Source of the DNA: a virus
Taxonomy: Duplodnaviria > Caudoviricetes
Strand: one strand, 5' to 3'
DNA: 30,386 bases
IMG/VR virus record: IMGVR_UViG_3300001881_000108
Span: 1-30,386 of that record
Numbering within the stretch: the first letter of the stretch is position 1; every line of letters starts with the position of its first letter. Below, piece by piece: positions 8,319-16,643 of the stretch. Under the pieces are notes generated by a model, which was not told the DNA's origin, ran no database searches, and worked only from the letters and a program-made list of their open reading frames with translations. A program made the translations under genes and the position numbers.

Positions 8319-9824
8319 ATGGAAGCCAGAACGTACCTTGAGACCATAACGGTATTAGACATCCCTGTTGCTGTGTTTAGTGACAGCAGCGTAGAGGCTG
8401 CCGAAATAGGCCCATTCCCCTTTTCGCCCACTGGGTACAGATCAATACTGGGAGAAGACAAGCCCCTGTTCCTTCAAAAAGTGGCAAAAATTTTAGAAAT
8501 AACATCCAGGGACTACGCTAAGGAGTTTGCTGGTGTAGTGAAACGCGCAAAAAAAACCTTAACGCAAAAAGCCGGCAACGATCCTGTAAGCAACTACATC
8601 CATCTTACTGGAGATCTTCAGGTGCTGCTCAGTTACGGATATTTTCAGGCATGGGATACCACTGCAGAAATATTGCATATAGCCATTAGGCTGGTTAAAG
8701 CGTGCGAAAAAATAACAATCCCTGAAAACTATCACGAAACCTGCAATCCCAACTGGCCTGCAGATTACCTGCGCCAGCGGATTGATAACGTGCAGACCAT
8801 AGAACCTGTGTTGCAGCGATGCCTGGCAGCAAAAAACCTGTACGAACTGGCGGCAACTCCCTGCATTGATCACCTCTGCTGCACCAACTCTGTCTATGCC
8901 AGGCTGTTTGAAACAACCGTGCTGCCAACCTTGTCACCATCTGCAGAATACTATTTCTACTGCCGGATCTGTGCTGAAAGAGGCGCAACTGTTGCGCCTG
9001 AAACAAAGTCTGATACTTTAACGCCCTACTTCTGCCACCCCGTTAATGGTGATTGGGCTCAGCACCCCCTGCCTGATCCTAACCCCATGCTGCTGGCAAG
9101 CGACATGCCCCACGCAATATGCAAACAATGCCCGCTTAGCACCAGGGCGCATATTCTTGTCCCGTCTGAAAGCGACAAAAACAGCTACACCAAATATTGC
9201 ACGGTCACAGCCATAGCTGCAGGCCTGATAACATCAGACGCAGCCTTGCAAAACGATAGAGGTATAGCAACGGAAGATGAAAATTTTGTGGTAGATGCCC
9301 TTGTTCAGCGTTTATCTGGCAGCTGCAGTAAATGCCCCCGCAAAAAAGAATGTATCCAGCAGCCGATAGGCCCTGATGCGGAATGCCTGGCTCAGAGAGA
9401 TAAACAATCCACGTGGGTAGATGTTGTTTCTCCCGTATCACCTTCGCCAGATCCGGTTATAGCTGGCCCCACGTACTCACCTGTCAAAACCACCTATGTT
9501 GTAGGCTGGCAATCAGCAGAAACGCCAGACCACGGCCCCCTGCAGCTCTATGTCATCAAAACAAAAAAAGACTTTGGCGTAACCTACAACCCCTCAGAGG
9601 CCACCAGATTCAAGACAATCGACGCTGCCCTGTACTATTACCGCCAAATAGGCCACCTCCACGGCGATCCAGAAGTGAATATTTACAACGGATTCCTGCA
9701 GATATTCCAACACGGCCCTGCAGGACTGCGCCAGGTGCCAAAGATCACCCGTCAAGGCTCCCTGTTTGATGCCATAGAGCCCGGAAACTGGGATCAGCCA
9801 GCCCTGCCAAAGGTGGTGAAATAA
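8319..9824 (+). CDS. Large hypothetical Cys-rich protein with C-terminal QGSLF clamp-binding-like motif
   Basis: 501-aa ORF coupled to dnaN and terS; several Cys clusters; 'ITRQGSLFD' near the C-terminus. Confidence 0.65.
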   Translation: MEARTYLETITVLDIPVAVFSDSSVEAAEIGPFPFSPTGYRSILGEDKPLFLQKVAKILEITSRDYAKEFAGVVKRAKKTLTQKAGNDPVSNYIHLTGDLQVLLSYGYFQAWDTTAEILHIAIRLVKACEKITIPENYHETCNPNWPADYLRQRIDNVQTIEPVLQRCLAAKNLYELAATPCIDHLCCTNSVYARLFETTVLPTLSPSAEYYFYCRICAERGATVAPETKSDTLTPYFCHPVNGDWAQHPLPDPNPMLLASDMPHAICKQCPLSTRAHILVPSESDKNSYTKYCTVTAIAAGLITSDAALQNDRGIATEDENFVVDALVQRLSGSCSKCPRKKECIQQPIGPDAECLAQRDKQSTWVDVVSPVSPSPDPVIAGPTYSPVKTTYVVGWQSAETPDHGPLQLYVIKTKKDFGVTYNPSEATRFKTIDAALYYYRQIGHLHGDPEVNIYNGFLQIFQHGPAGLRQVPKITRQGSLFDAIEPGNWDQPALPKVVK

Positions 9825-10513
9825 TGCCCACCATTATTAACGCTCCAGATCAGGAAGAAATCCGGCTTACAGAAGCACGTGACGCAGCCCTTGTTGCGGC
9901 AAAAGCTAAACCTATTACCAATGCTAAATTTAAAATTCTGGCCAAAGCAGAGCGCGAACTAGAGCAATATCGTGACCGGCGCGAAGCTGCAGCTGGCCAG
10001 CTGTTTGCCAAGCTACCAGACGTCATCGCCTACTTAGACGCTGAGGGCTGGAAAATACCGACTTCAACCGCCTATGAACACAAGCAAGACGGCAAAATCA
10101 AAACCAACTCAGAAGGGAAATACACCCTTAACGCTGTCCTTGATTACGCACGTCAGCATCTGCAGCGCAAAGACGGCACCGAACCAGACGACAAAAACAA
10201 CCTACAGGAACACAAAATAACCGCAGAAATCCGCCGGATAGAGGCCGATGCAGAGACAAAAGAACTCAAACTAAAAGAACGTCGGGGCGAACTTATCTCA
10301 AGGGATCACGTAGAAGTCGAACTTTCCAGCCGTGCCCGTGACCTTGATGCTCACCTGGACGCTTTCTTTCGTTCCGCTGCTGGCAGAATCATCAAGATAG
10401 TCGGCGGTGACATGCAAAAAGCCCCAGACCTGATCACCTTCATGCGTGGTGCAAAAAAACAAGCCATGGACAACTACGCCCGCCCCATACATGGGCCTGA
10501 TGAAGAGGAATAG
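9824..10513 (+). CDS. terS: Terminase small subunit (Nu1-like)
   Basis: Winged-HTH-like segment then coiled coil 'AETKELKLKERRGELISRDHVE' characteristic of Nu1-type proteins; upstream of GpA. Confidence 0.7.
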   Translation: MPTIINAPDQEEIRLTEARDAALVAAKAKPITNAKFKILAKAERELEQYRDRREAAAGQLFAKLPDVIAYLDAEGWKIPTSTAYEHKQDGKIKTNSEGKYTLNAVLDYARQHLQRKDGTEPDDKNNLQEHKITAEIRRIEADAETKELKLKERRGELISRDHVEVELSSRARDLDAHLDAFFRSAAGRIIKIVGGDMQKAPDLITFMRGAKKQAMDNYARPIHGPDEEE

Positions 10514-10517
10514 ATCC

Positions 10518-10769
10518 ATGACTCTTGATCAATGGCTGCAGGTGCCCGTCCTGCTATGGCAGATTTTATCAGAGCTAAGGCGCTCATACCGCAAGCATGG
10601 AAACTGGAAAAACTACCGAGCAAAGCATGTCAGGTGGGTGATTGACGGCGAACTTGATGAAGCAATAGAGGCATACCGCAAAGGTGATAGCCATGGCCAG
10701 CACGGATACCGTGCAGAATTCTGCCAGGTTGCCGCATGTAGCATCAAGGCAATTTTAGAGGGTAACTAA
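10518..10769 (+). CDS. Small MazG-like (all-alpha NTP pyrophosphatase fold) protein
   Basis: 'ELRRSYRKHG...VIDGELDEAIEA...RAEFCQVAACSIK' pattern; ATG at 10518 with GAGG RBS. Confidence 0.45.
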   Translation: MTLDQWLQVPVLLWQILSELRRSYRKHGNWKNYRAKHVRWVIDGELDEAIEAYRKGDSHGQHGYRAEFCQVAACSIKAILEGN

Positions 10770-10826
10770 GACTGTAAGCGGCCCGCGCAACCGCTTCAGA
10801 ATATAGCTTCAAAAAGGATATTTATT

Positions 10827-11462
10827 ATGAACAGACCCCCCATAGCAACCGTCATTAACAACAACCAACCAGGCTGGACCAACATTATTGAGACAGCCCC
10901 CAATGTAACCCTTCCGATCGGAACCGAACTGTTTCTCGCAGAAGGCCTGCCCACCCGTGCCGCCATAGGCAGCGCCTTTGGCGGTGGATTCTTCGGCGGT
11001 GAAATAACCATCGCCGGTCAGCGTTATGCCCTTATTGTCGCCCCTAAAGCTGAAGGCGAAAAGATGGCGCTGGAATACAAATTAAACGACCGAAGCACCA
11101 GTGACGGTACCGACATTGACGATGATGGCCTGACCAACACCAACCTCATAAACGATGAAAACCACCCTGCAGCACACTTCTGTCGGTCACTCACCATCGG
11201 AGGTTATGATGACTGGTACCTGCCCTCACGGGATGAGCTGATGATGTTGTGGCGCAACCTGGGGCCACGTCGCAAAAATGTTCCAGAACTTTTCAGTGAA
11301 GATGCAGCAGAAGCGTTTGACACTGAATGGTACTGGTCCAGCACCGAACACGCCCAGTACTCAAACAGTGCTTGGATCGTGGGTTTCGGCGATGGCAACC
11401 AGATCTACAGCACTAAGAACTACGGTTGTGGAGTCCGGGCAGTCCGCAGAATTCAACTTTAA
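10827..11462 (+). CDS. DGR target 1, DUF1566/C-type-lectin-fold protein
   Basis: 'GGGFFGG', 'DDWYLPSRDEL', 'WYWSSTE', C-terminal 'VRAVRR'; contains VR1. Confidence 0.92.
   Translation: MNRPPIATVINNNQPGWTNIIETAPNVTLPIGTELFLAEGLPTRAAIGSAFGGGFFGGEITIAGQRYALIVAPKAEGEKMALEYKLNDRSTSDGTDIDDDGLTNTNLINDENHPAAHFCRSLTIGGYDDWYLPSRDELMMLWRNLGPRRKNVPELFSEDAAEAFDTEWYWSSTEHAQYSNSAWIVGFGDGNQIYSTKNYGCGVRAVRRIQL
11349..11450 (+). repeat. DGR variable repeat VR1
   Basis: 102-bp ungapped match to TR 12581-12682; 12 mismatches, all at TR adenines. Confidence 0.97.
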
Positions 11463-11483
11463 CAATTTAACCATTTATCAATT
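11455..11483 (+). promoter_or_regulatory. IMH-like target-side element, copy 1
   Basis: AACTTTAACAATTTAACCATTTATCAATT, identical after VR2 and absent after TR. Confidence 0.65.
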
Positions 11484-11498
11484 TATGGAGGTTCCGTC

Positions 11499-12023
11499 AT
11501 GGCAAAGAAAACAGCAGTACCCCAGATAGGCGCAGCATTCGGTGGCGGGTTTTACGCAGGCAGCATGGAACTTGATGGCGTCAAGTATGCCTTGGTGGTT
11601 TCACCAAAAGCCCAGGGCGAAAAGATGGAGCTTCAATACAAAAAGAGCAAGCTCAGCACTGCTGATGGTGCTGACACTGACGATGATGGCTTTTACAACA
11701 GCTGTCTGCTGGATAATGCCAACCATCCTGCGGCACACTTCTGTATCAGCCTCCAGATCGGTGAATATGATGACTGGTACCTGCCCTCACGGGATGAGCT
11801 GATGCTGATCTGGATGGCCATGGGGCCAAACCGCAAGAAAACGCCTGATCTGTTCAAAGCCGGTGCTGCAGAAGCATTTGAAGAAAAATGGTACTGGTCC
11901 AGCACTGGAAACGCCCAGTACTCATACTATGCTTGGTTCGTGGGTTTCGACAATGGCTTCCAGGACTACAACGATAAGAACTACGATTGTGGAGTCCGGG
12001 CAGTCCGCAGATTAAAACTTTAA
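11499..12023 (+). CDS. DGR target 2, DUF1566/C-type-lectin-fold protein (paralogue of target 1)
   Basis: 'GGGFYAG', 'DDWYLPSRDEL', 'WYWSST', 'VRAVRR'; GGAGG RBS; contains VR2. Confidence 0.92.
   Translation: MAKKTAVPQIGAAFGGGFYAGSMELDGVKYALVVSPKAQGEKMELQYKKSKLSTADGADTDDDGFYNSCLLDNANHPAAHFCISLQIGEYDDWYLPSRDELMLIWMAMGPNRKKTPDLFKAGAAEAFEEKWYWSSTGNAQYSYYAWFVGFDNGFQDYNDKNYDCGVRAVRRLKL
11910..12011 (+). repeat. DGR variable repeat VR2
   Basis: 102-bp ungapped match to TR; 11 mismatches, all at TR adenines. Confidence 0.97.
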
Positions 12024-12044
12024 CAATTTAACCATTTATCAATT
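12016..12044 (+). promoter_or_regulatory. IMH-like target-side element, copy 2
   Basis: Exact 29-bp copy of 11455-11483. Confidence 0.65.
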
Positions 12045-12061
12045 CAGACAGGAGCAACACC

Positions 12062-12415
12062 ATGGCCCTGGCCTCAACACTTCCCATATACCGCGTTACC
12101 TACGAGTTGCTGCAGGTGGTCACCCGCATAACCAAAGATATGCCACGGGATTACAAGCAGTCACTGGGCAACAAGATTCGTGAGGAATGTGTTGAGCTGA
12201 CGGTGTTGATCTACCGGGCAAACTGCTCCCGTGAAAAGCGCCCACACATTGAAGCTCTGCAAGAACATCTTCAAGTGGCGACGCTTTTGATCAGGCTGTC
12301 AAAGGACATGAAACTGATCAGCACGGGTCAGTTTGCCCAGACCATAGAATTAACTGACCAGATCGGACGGCAGGCATCCGGTTGGTTTAAATCCGCATCG
12401 TCGCCCGCTGCATAG
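12062..12415 (+). CDS. avd: DGR accessory variability determinant (four-helix bundle)
   Basis: 117 aa; 'LPIYRVTYEL...MPRDYKQSLGNKI...LIRLSKDMKLIS...IGRQASGW'; between targets and TR. Confidence 0.9.
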   Translation: MALASTLPIYRVTYELLQVVTRITKDMPRDYKQSLGNKIREECVELTVLIYRANCSREKRPHIEALQEHLQVATLLIRLSKDMKLISTGQFAQTIELTDQIGRQASGWFKSASSPAA

Positions 12416-12580
12416 CCGTCATGGCGACTATGCCTGTGCGAAATAATCTGGTCGTGCCCCTGGGAATGCCCCACGGTTATGCGCCGGCAACGAAACCAGC
12501 GGGAAAGCCTGTAAGGTCGTGGCGCAGTTTCACAATGGATCGGTACCGCCTTCTGTTGTGCAACGTGATCAGCACGACAT

Positions 12581-12682
12581 AACGCCCAGAACTCAAACAA
12601 TGCTTGGATCGTGGGTTTCAACAATGGCAACCAGAACAACAACAATAAGAACAACGATTGTGGAGTCCGGGCAGTCCGCAGA
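12581..12682 (+). ncRNA. DGR template repeat (TR), part of the DGR RNA
   Basis: 37 adenines and 13 AAY codons in the VR frame; template for both VRs. Confidence 0.95.
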
Positions 12683-12692
12683 TCATAACGAT

Positions 12693-13790
12693 GTGGATGT
12701 AACGGTGGATGAGCTGCTGTGCTCCTATTACGACTGCCGCAGGCGCAAGCGCAACACCATCAACGCATTAAGGTTTGAAACCAATTTAGAAAGCAACATC
12801 ATGGGCCTGTACCGGGAACTGGTAGACGGCAGCTATCGCCCCGGTACATCCATCTGCTTTGTCATCACCAGGCCTAAGCCGCGCGAGGTATGGGCTGCAG
12901 ACTTCCGTGACAGGGTTGTGCACCATCTGCTTTACAACCGCATTGCAGATCGTTTCCACAACTCGTTCATAGCTGATAGCTGCGCCTGCATACCAGGAAG
13001 AGGCACGCTGTACGGAGCAAAGCGGCTTGAGCGTAAAATAAGAAGCATTACACAGAACTGGTCACAGAAAGCCTATTACCTGAAGCTGGATATGGCCAAC
13101 TTCTTTGTCAGCATTAACAAGAACATCCTGCGAGATCTGCTGGCCAAGAAAATAACAGATCCCTGGGTCATGTGGTTGGCAGAGACAATCCTTTTTCATG
13201 ATCCGCGGCAGGATGTCAAAATTAAGGGCAGCCGGGGACTACTACAGATGATTCCGACACACAAAAGCTTATTTAATCAACCTCAGCACCTGGGACTGCC
13301 AATTGGAAACCTCAGTAGCCAGTTCTTTGCCAACGTCTACATGGATGCCCTTGATCAGCACGTAAAGCACCAGGTTAAGGCAAAGCATTACATCAGATAC
13401 GTAGATGACATGATTCTGCTGCACGAAGATCCGGCCTGGCTGAACCATGCTGCTGACCAGATCAGCGCATTCGCCAGCGAAAGGCTGGGACTGAAACTCA
13501 ACACGGGCAAGACCATCATCCAGCCTATCCACCGTGGAGTTGATTTTGTTGGCCAAGTCATCAAGCCTTGGCATCGGGTAACACGTAAATCCCTGATGGA
13601 TAATGCACTATCGGCACTATTTTCAAAAATAGGTGAGGACCTGCTTATGAGTGCAAACAGTTATTTGGGGCTGTTCAGGCAATCAACCCACAGCCACCAT
13701 GCCCGTGCGCGGCTGGCACGGATAGCAATCGTCAAAGGGCATTGCGTGGATGGTTCATTCAAAAAAGTATTCCGGAGGCACGCAGCGTGA
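12693..13790 (+). CDS. DGR reverse transcriptase
   Basis: 'KPREVWAADFRDRVVHH', 'LKLDMANFFVSI', DGR-type 'GLPIGNLSSQFFAN', 'YIRYVDD'. The frame is open from 12519; GTG 12693 just past TR was chosen as the likely start (uncertain). Confidence 0.93.
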   Translation: MDVTVDELLCSYYDCRRRKRNTINALRFETNLESNIMGLYRELVDGSYRPGTSICFVITRPKPREVWAADFRDRVVHHLLYNRIADRFHNSFIADSCACIPGRGTLYGAKRLERKIRSITQNWSQKAYYLKLDMANFFVSINKNILRDLLAKKITDPWVMWLAETILFHDPRQDVKIKGSRGLLQMIPTHKSLFNQPQHLGLPIGNLSSQFFANVYMDALDQHVKHQVKAKHYIRYVDDMILLHEDPAWLNHAADQISAFASERLGLKLNTGKTIIQPIHRGVDFVGQVIKPWHRVTRKSLMDNALSALFSKIGEDLLMSANSYLGLFRQSTHSHHARARLARIAIVKGHCVDGSFKKVFRRHAA

Positions 13791-13792
13791 TT

Positions 13793-13969
13793 ATGACCGA
13801 TCACTATTTAAAAATAACGGTACAGCACAACTGCGTTAACTGCGGCAAGGTCAGGCGTGCTGATGTATCTGCAGGAAAGGCTGAAAGGCAAACCACCTGC
13901 ATGGCCTGTAATACAACCTACGTGGTTACAAGAGCCATGCACGTACCAGGATTAATCAACAAACAATAA
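13793..13969 (+). CDS. Small Zn-ribbon protein
   Basis: CVNC...CMAC; GGAGG upstream; stop overlaps the terL start (TAATG). Confidence 0.55.
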   Translation: MTDHYLKITVQHNCVNCGKVRRADVSAGKAERQTTCMACNTTYVVTRAMHVPGLINKQ

Positions 13970-16014
13970 TGCCACAGACTGCCCTCGCCATAGCCCAGGA
14001 CTACTCCTGGGTACCGCAAGCCCCCCCACGGGCCTACCGCCTCTACCCTGGCGAAAGGCTTGTTTTCCGCTCGCGTCCGTACCTTAGCGCATCGGATTGG
14101 GCACAAGGCAACTGCTACATAGCTGTATCGGCCATGCCAGGTTTGTATGATGGCGATGTCACCCCCTATGCAAAAGGCATTTTAGAAGCGTTCTCCACAG
14201 AATGGGTCCGTGAACTATTCCTGGCCGGTGGCAGTCAATCAGCAAAATCGCAACTGCTGCACATCATGTACAGCTACACCGTCGAAAACTGCCCCGGCCC
14301 CGCCCTGCTGGGCATGCAAGATCGCAACACCGTGCGCGAGACCGTTACGGATCGCCTCGTTACCATGCTTAAAAACACCCCATCGTTGCGCCGGTTTGTC
14401 ACCCGCAACCCGGACGACATAACCGGACAAATGATCCGAACCAGAACCTCGGTACTCTACCTCGCCTGGGCTGGATCAGAAGGGCGTCTAGCCAGCAAGC
14501 CAATCTGTCACGGCTTTTTTGATGAGGTTGATTTGTGGGATGAAACCGCCGTAACCAGCGCCCGCGCTCGGTTCAGAACCTATGAATCAATGCTCATGAG
14601 CAAAATCGTCGAAGCCTGCACCGTCTCAACCGCAAAAGGCCGGATCTGGTCCGCGCAACACGAATCCCACTCTAAATGGGATTTTTACGCCATCTGCCCC
14701 TACTGTGGACACCCGCAACCGCTATCGTTCTCGGGTATCCGCTGGGCTGATGGCATAGTAGACCCTGCCGAACTCTCCACCCGGGGCGATGCCTGGTACG
14801 AATGCGAAAAATGCCAAGCCCACTGGGATGAAGAAGACCGCAACGAAGCCGTGCTCAACGGATCAAAACAACACGATCCCCCCCAGATCTGGCACGGCTG
14901 GCGTCCACGTCCAGGCACTCCAGAACGCCACGTCAACCGGCCGGAAAAAATATGGATACACATACCGCCCCTGCTCTCCCGCTTCGTCATGTTCCACGGC
15001 GTAGCTGCGGCCTACCTGCGCCAACTCCAACAGCCAACAGCCGCCAACATCAAATATTTTTACTGCGACTGCTGCGCAATGCCGATACCTGAAATTTCCG
15101 ACGGTATAGAAATCAAAGAGACAGAACTCCTCAAACGCCGTGAAAACTACGCACCAGAACAAGCTGATTGGCAGATCCCCATGGCCGCCTGCGTCCTCAC
15201 CGGCGATAGCGACGTACAGGCCAACCGGATAGAGGCAGAGGTTGTAGCCTGGGGTCCTGGCCATGAATCCTGGGGCATCATCTACAAAATATTCCACGGC
15301 GACACCTCCCGTGATCAGGTCTGGGATGATCTCCACAACTGGGTGCAAACCGTCCGCTTCACCCATGAAACCGGCGCTGAAATGCGGATAGAAAAATTCG
15401 GCATAGACCTGGGGTACGCCGCCCGTAAAGTAGCCAAATTCGTCAAGCGCGCGCCACGGCTCTATGTGGCCCACAAAGGCAGCAACAACGCCAGCGATCC
15501 GTTCATCCCGCGTCGACCATCAAAAAGCAAATACGGCGTGCCGTTCTACCTGCTGGGGGTCAGCGAAGGTAAAGACGATCTATTTTCCTGGATACAGGCC
15601 GGTCAGGATCGCAACGGGCAGATGATTCATGTCGGTCCTCGCGCCTGTCACTGGAGCATGAACTACGATTTTGACTACTTCCGTATGCTCTGCGCTGAAG
15701 CTCCCAAATGGGATAAAAACAAGAAAACAGGTGAGCTTGAAAAGGTGTGGATTCTTAGAGACGGCTATGTCCGCAACGAATCTCTTGATATCAGAGTCGG
15801 TAACATGGCCGTGCGTGAAATCCTCAACCCAAACTATGAGCGCCTGGCTGAGCGCCTTAAAAACGCATCAGCAATAGCTGCAGCGGCAGAAATAGAAAAC
15901 GCGGTAACCAGCAGACGCGCCAACAAAACCAGAGAAAATCAAGAAATAGACCCTGAAGAAGAAACAGCAGACGCCCCAGGGCGTAACCGTCCCGGCTGGT
16001 ATCGCCAGCGATAA
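13969..16014 (+). CDS. terL: Terminase large subunit, lambda GpA family
   Basis: 'GGSQSAKS' Walker A, 'FFDEVD' Walker B, 'CPYCGHPQ...CEKC', 'DVQANRIE', 'RNESLD'. Confidence 0.93.
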   Translation: MPQTALAIAQDYSWVPQAPPRAYRLYPGERLVFRSRPYLSASDWAQGNCYIAVSAMPGLYDGDVTPYAKGILEAFSTEWVRELFLAGGSQSAKSQLLHIMYSYTVENCPGPALLGMQDRNTVRETVTDRLVTMLKNTPSLRRFVTRNPDDITGQMIRTRTSVLYLAWAGSEGRLASKPICHGFFDEVDLWDETAVTSARARFRTYESMLMSKIVEACTVSTAKGRIWSAQHESHSKWDFYAICPYCGHPQPLSFSGIRWADGIVDPAELSTRGDAWYECEKCQAHWDEEDRNEAVLNGSKQHDPPQIWHGWRPRPGTPERHVNRPEKIWIHIPPLLSRFVMFHGVAAAYLRQLQQPTAANIKYFYCDCCAMPIPEISDGIEIKETELLKRRENYAPEQADWQIPMAACVLTGDSDVQANRIEAEVVAWGPGHESWGIIYKIFHGDTSRDQVWDDLHNWVQTVRFTHETGAEMRIEKFGIDLGYAARKVAKFVKRAPRLYVAHKGSNNASDPFIPRRPSKSKYGVPFYLLGVSEGKDDLFSWIQAGQDRNGQMIHVGPRACHWSMNYDFDYFRMLCAEAPKWDKNKKTGELEKVWILRDGYVRNESLDIRVGNMAVREILNPNYERLAERLKNASAIAAAAEIENAVTSRRANKTRENQEIDPEEETADAPGRNRPGWYRQR

Positions 16015-16032
16015 AACAAAACAGGAGCCTCC

Positions 16033-16275
16033 ATGTCACACATCCCGGCATTACCGCACGCCAGAGACGAAAAACGGCGCCCTACCTGCAACGTAGAACA
16101 GGCCAGAGAAAGGCTCTGCCCTGATCAGCCGCCCAGTAGACAGCACGTCTACAACCTTTTTAACCGCAACGAGCTTGCCGGGTACTTCACTGGCAACCGC
16201 CGGGGGCTCAGGATCTATCTGGACTCAATTAAAACCTATTTAGCAAAAGACCCTGACGCAGATCCGGACGGGTAA
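16033..16275 (+). CDS. Excisionase/MerR-like (HTH_17, BldC-type) DNA-binding protein
   Basis: 'NVEQARERL...SRQHVYNLFNRNELAG...GLRIYLDSI'; AGGAG RBS. Confidence 0.7.
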   Translation: MSHIPALPHARDEKRRPTCNVEQARERLCPDQPPSRQHVYNLFNRNELAGYFTGNRRGLRIYLDSIKTYLAKDPDADPDG

Positions 16276-16306
16276 GAAAGGAAAATATGCCAAGCTGTAT
16301 CCAGGG

Positions 16307-16428
16307 GCATAACGCAACCGTGATAACCGGCTGGCGACAACGAAGCGGGTTATACACGGACGAGCGAGAGCGGCATTGTACCTATTGCGGACAGAGTAAG
16401 ACAGTCCGAGTTGATTAAGGCGTTAAGC
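16307..16428 (-). other. attC-like recombination site 1 (122 bp)
   Basis: + strand GCATAAC-n7-GATAACCGGCTG...CAGTCCGAGTTGATT-AAGGC-GTTAAGC; imperfect inverted repeat with three unpaired bases on the right arm. Confidence 0.8.
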
Positions 16429-16463
16429 GCCGGGAAGGTGGCTTGAAATGACGGGTGTAAACG

Positions 16464-16643
16464 ATGCCAGACTTTGAGCGTTTGACCGACAATTTAAGGA
16501 TATTAACGGCTCCTGATGCTGTTTCTAGGGAGTGGGCCAGAGGATACCAGGCGGGTAAAACACGTGCCAGGTATGAGGTATTGGCCGTGGTTGTAGTGCT
16601 GTTTTTTCTGGTAGCTCTAATTGGCAAATTTAGTGGTGCTTAA
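16464..16643 (+). CDS. Cassette gene: 59-aa protein with C-terminal TM helix
   Basis: MPDFERLTDN...VLAVVVVLFFLVALIGKFSGA; the TAA stop lies inside the GCTTAAC core of the next site. Confidence 0.6.
   Translation: MPDFERLTDNLRILTAPDAVSREWARGYQAGKTRARYEVLAVVVVLFFLVALIGKFSGA

Larger units (their letters stand above)
10827..13790 (+). mobile_element. Diversity-generating retroelement (2 targets - avd - TR - RT)
   Basis: All canonical DGR parts present; TR versus both VRs differs only at TR adenines. Confidence 0.97.

Noticed and set aside
10760-10810. Possible degenerate attC before the DGR (GGTAAC-n7-GTAAGCGG...CCGCTT)
   Set aside because: Only a 6-bp stem, no proper GTT core on the right and no complementary cassette end upstream; could be an ordinary hairpin.
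12476-12485. GTTATGCGCC matching a cassette core sequence
   Set aside because: No attC arms around it; explained by a stem in the DGR RNA leader or by chance.
12519-13790. RT as group II intron, retron or Abi RT
   Set aside because: The GNLSSQ motif, adjacent avd and A-specific TR/VR pairs identify a DGR; no maturase/endonuclease extension.
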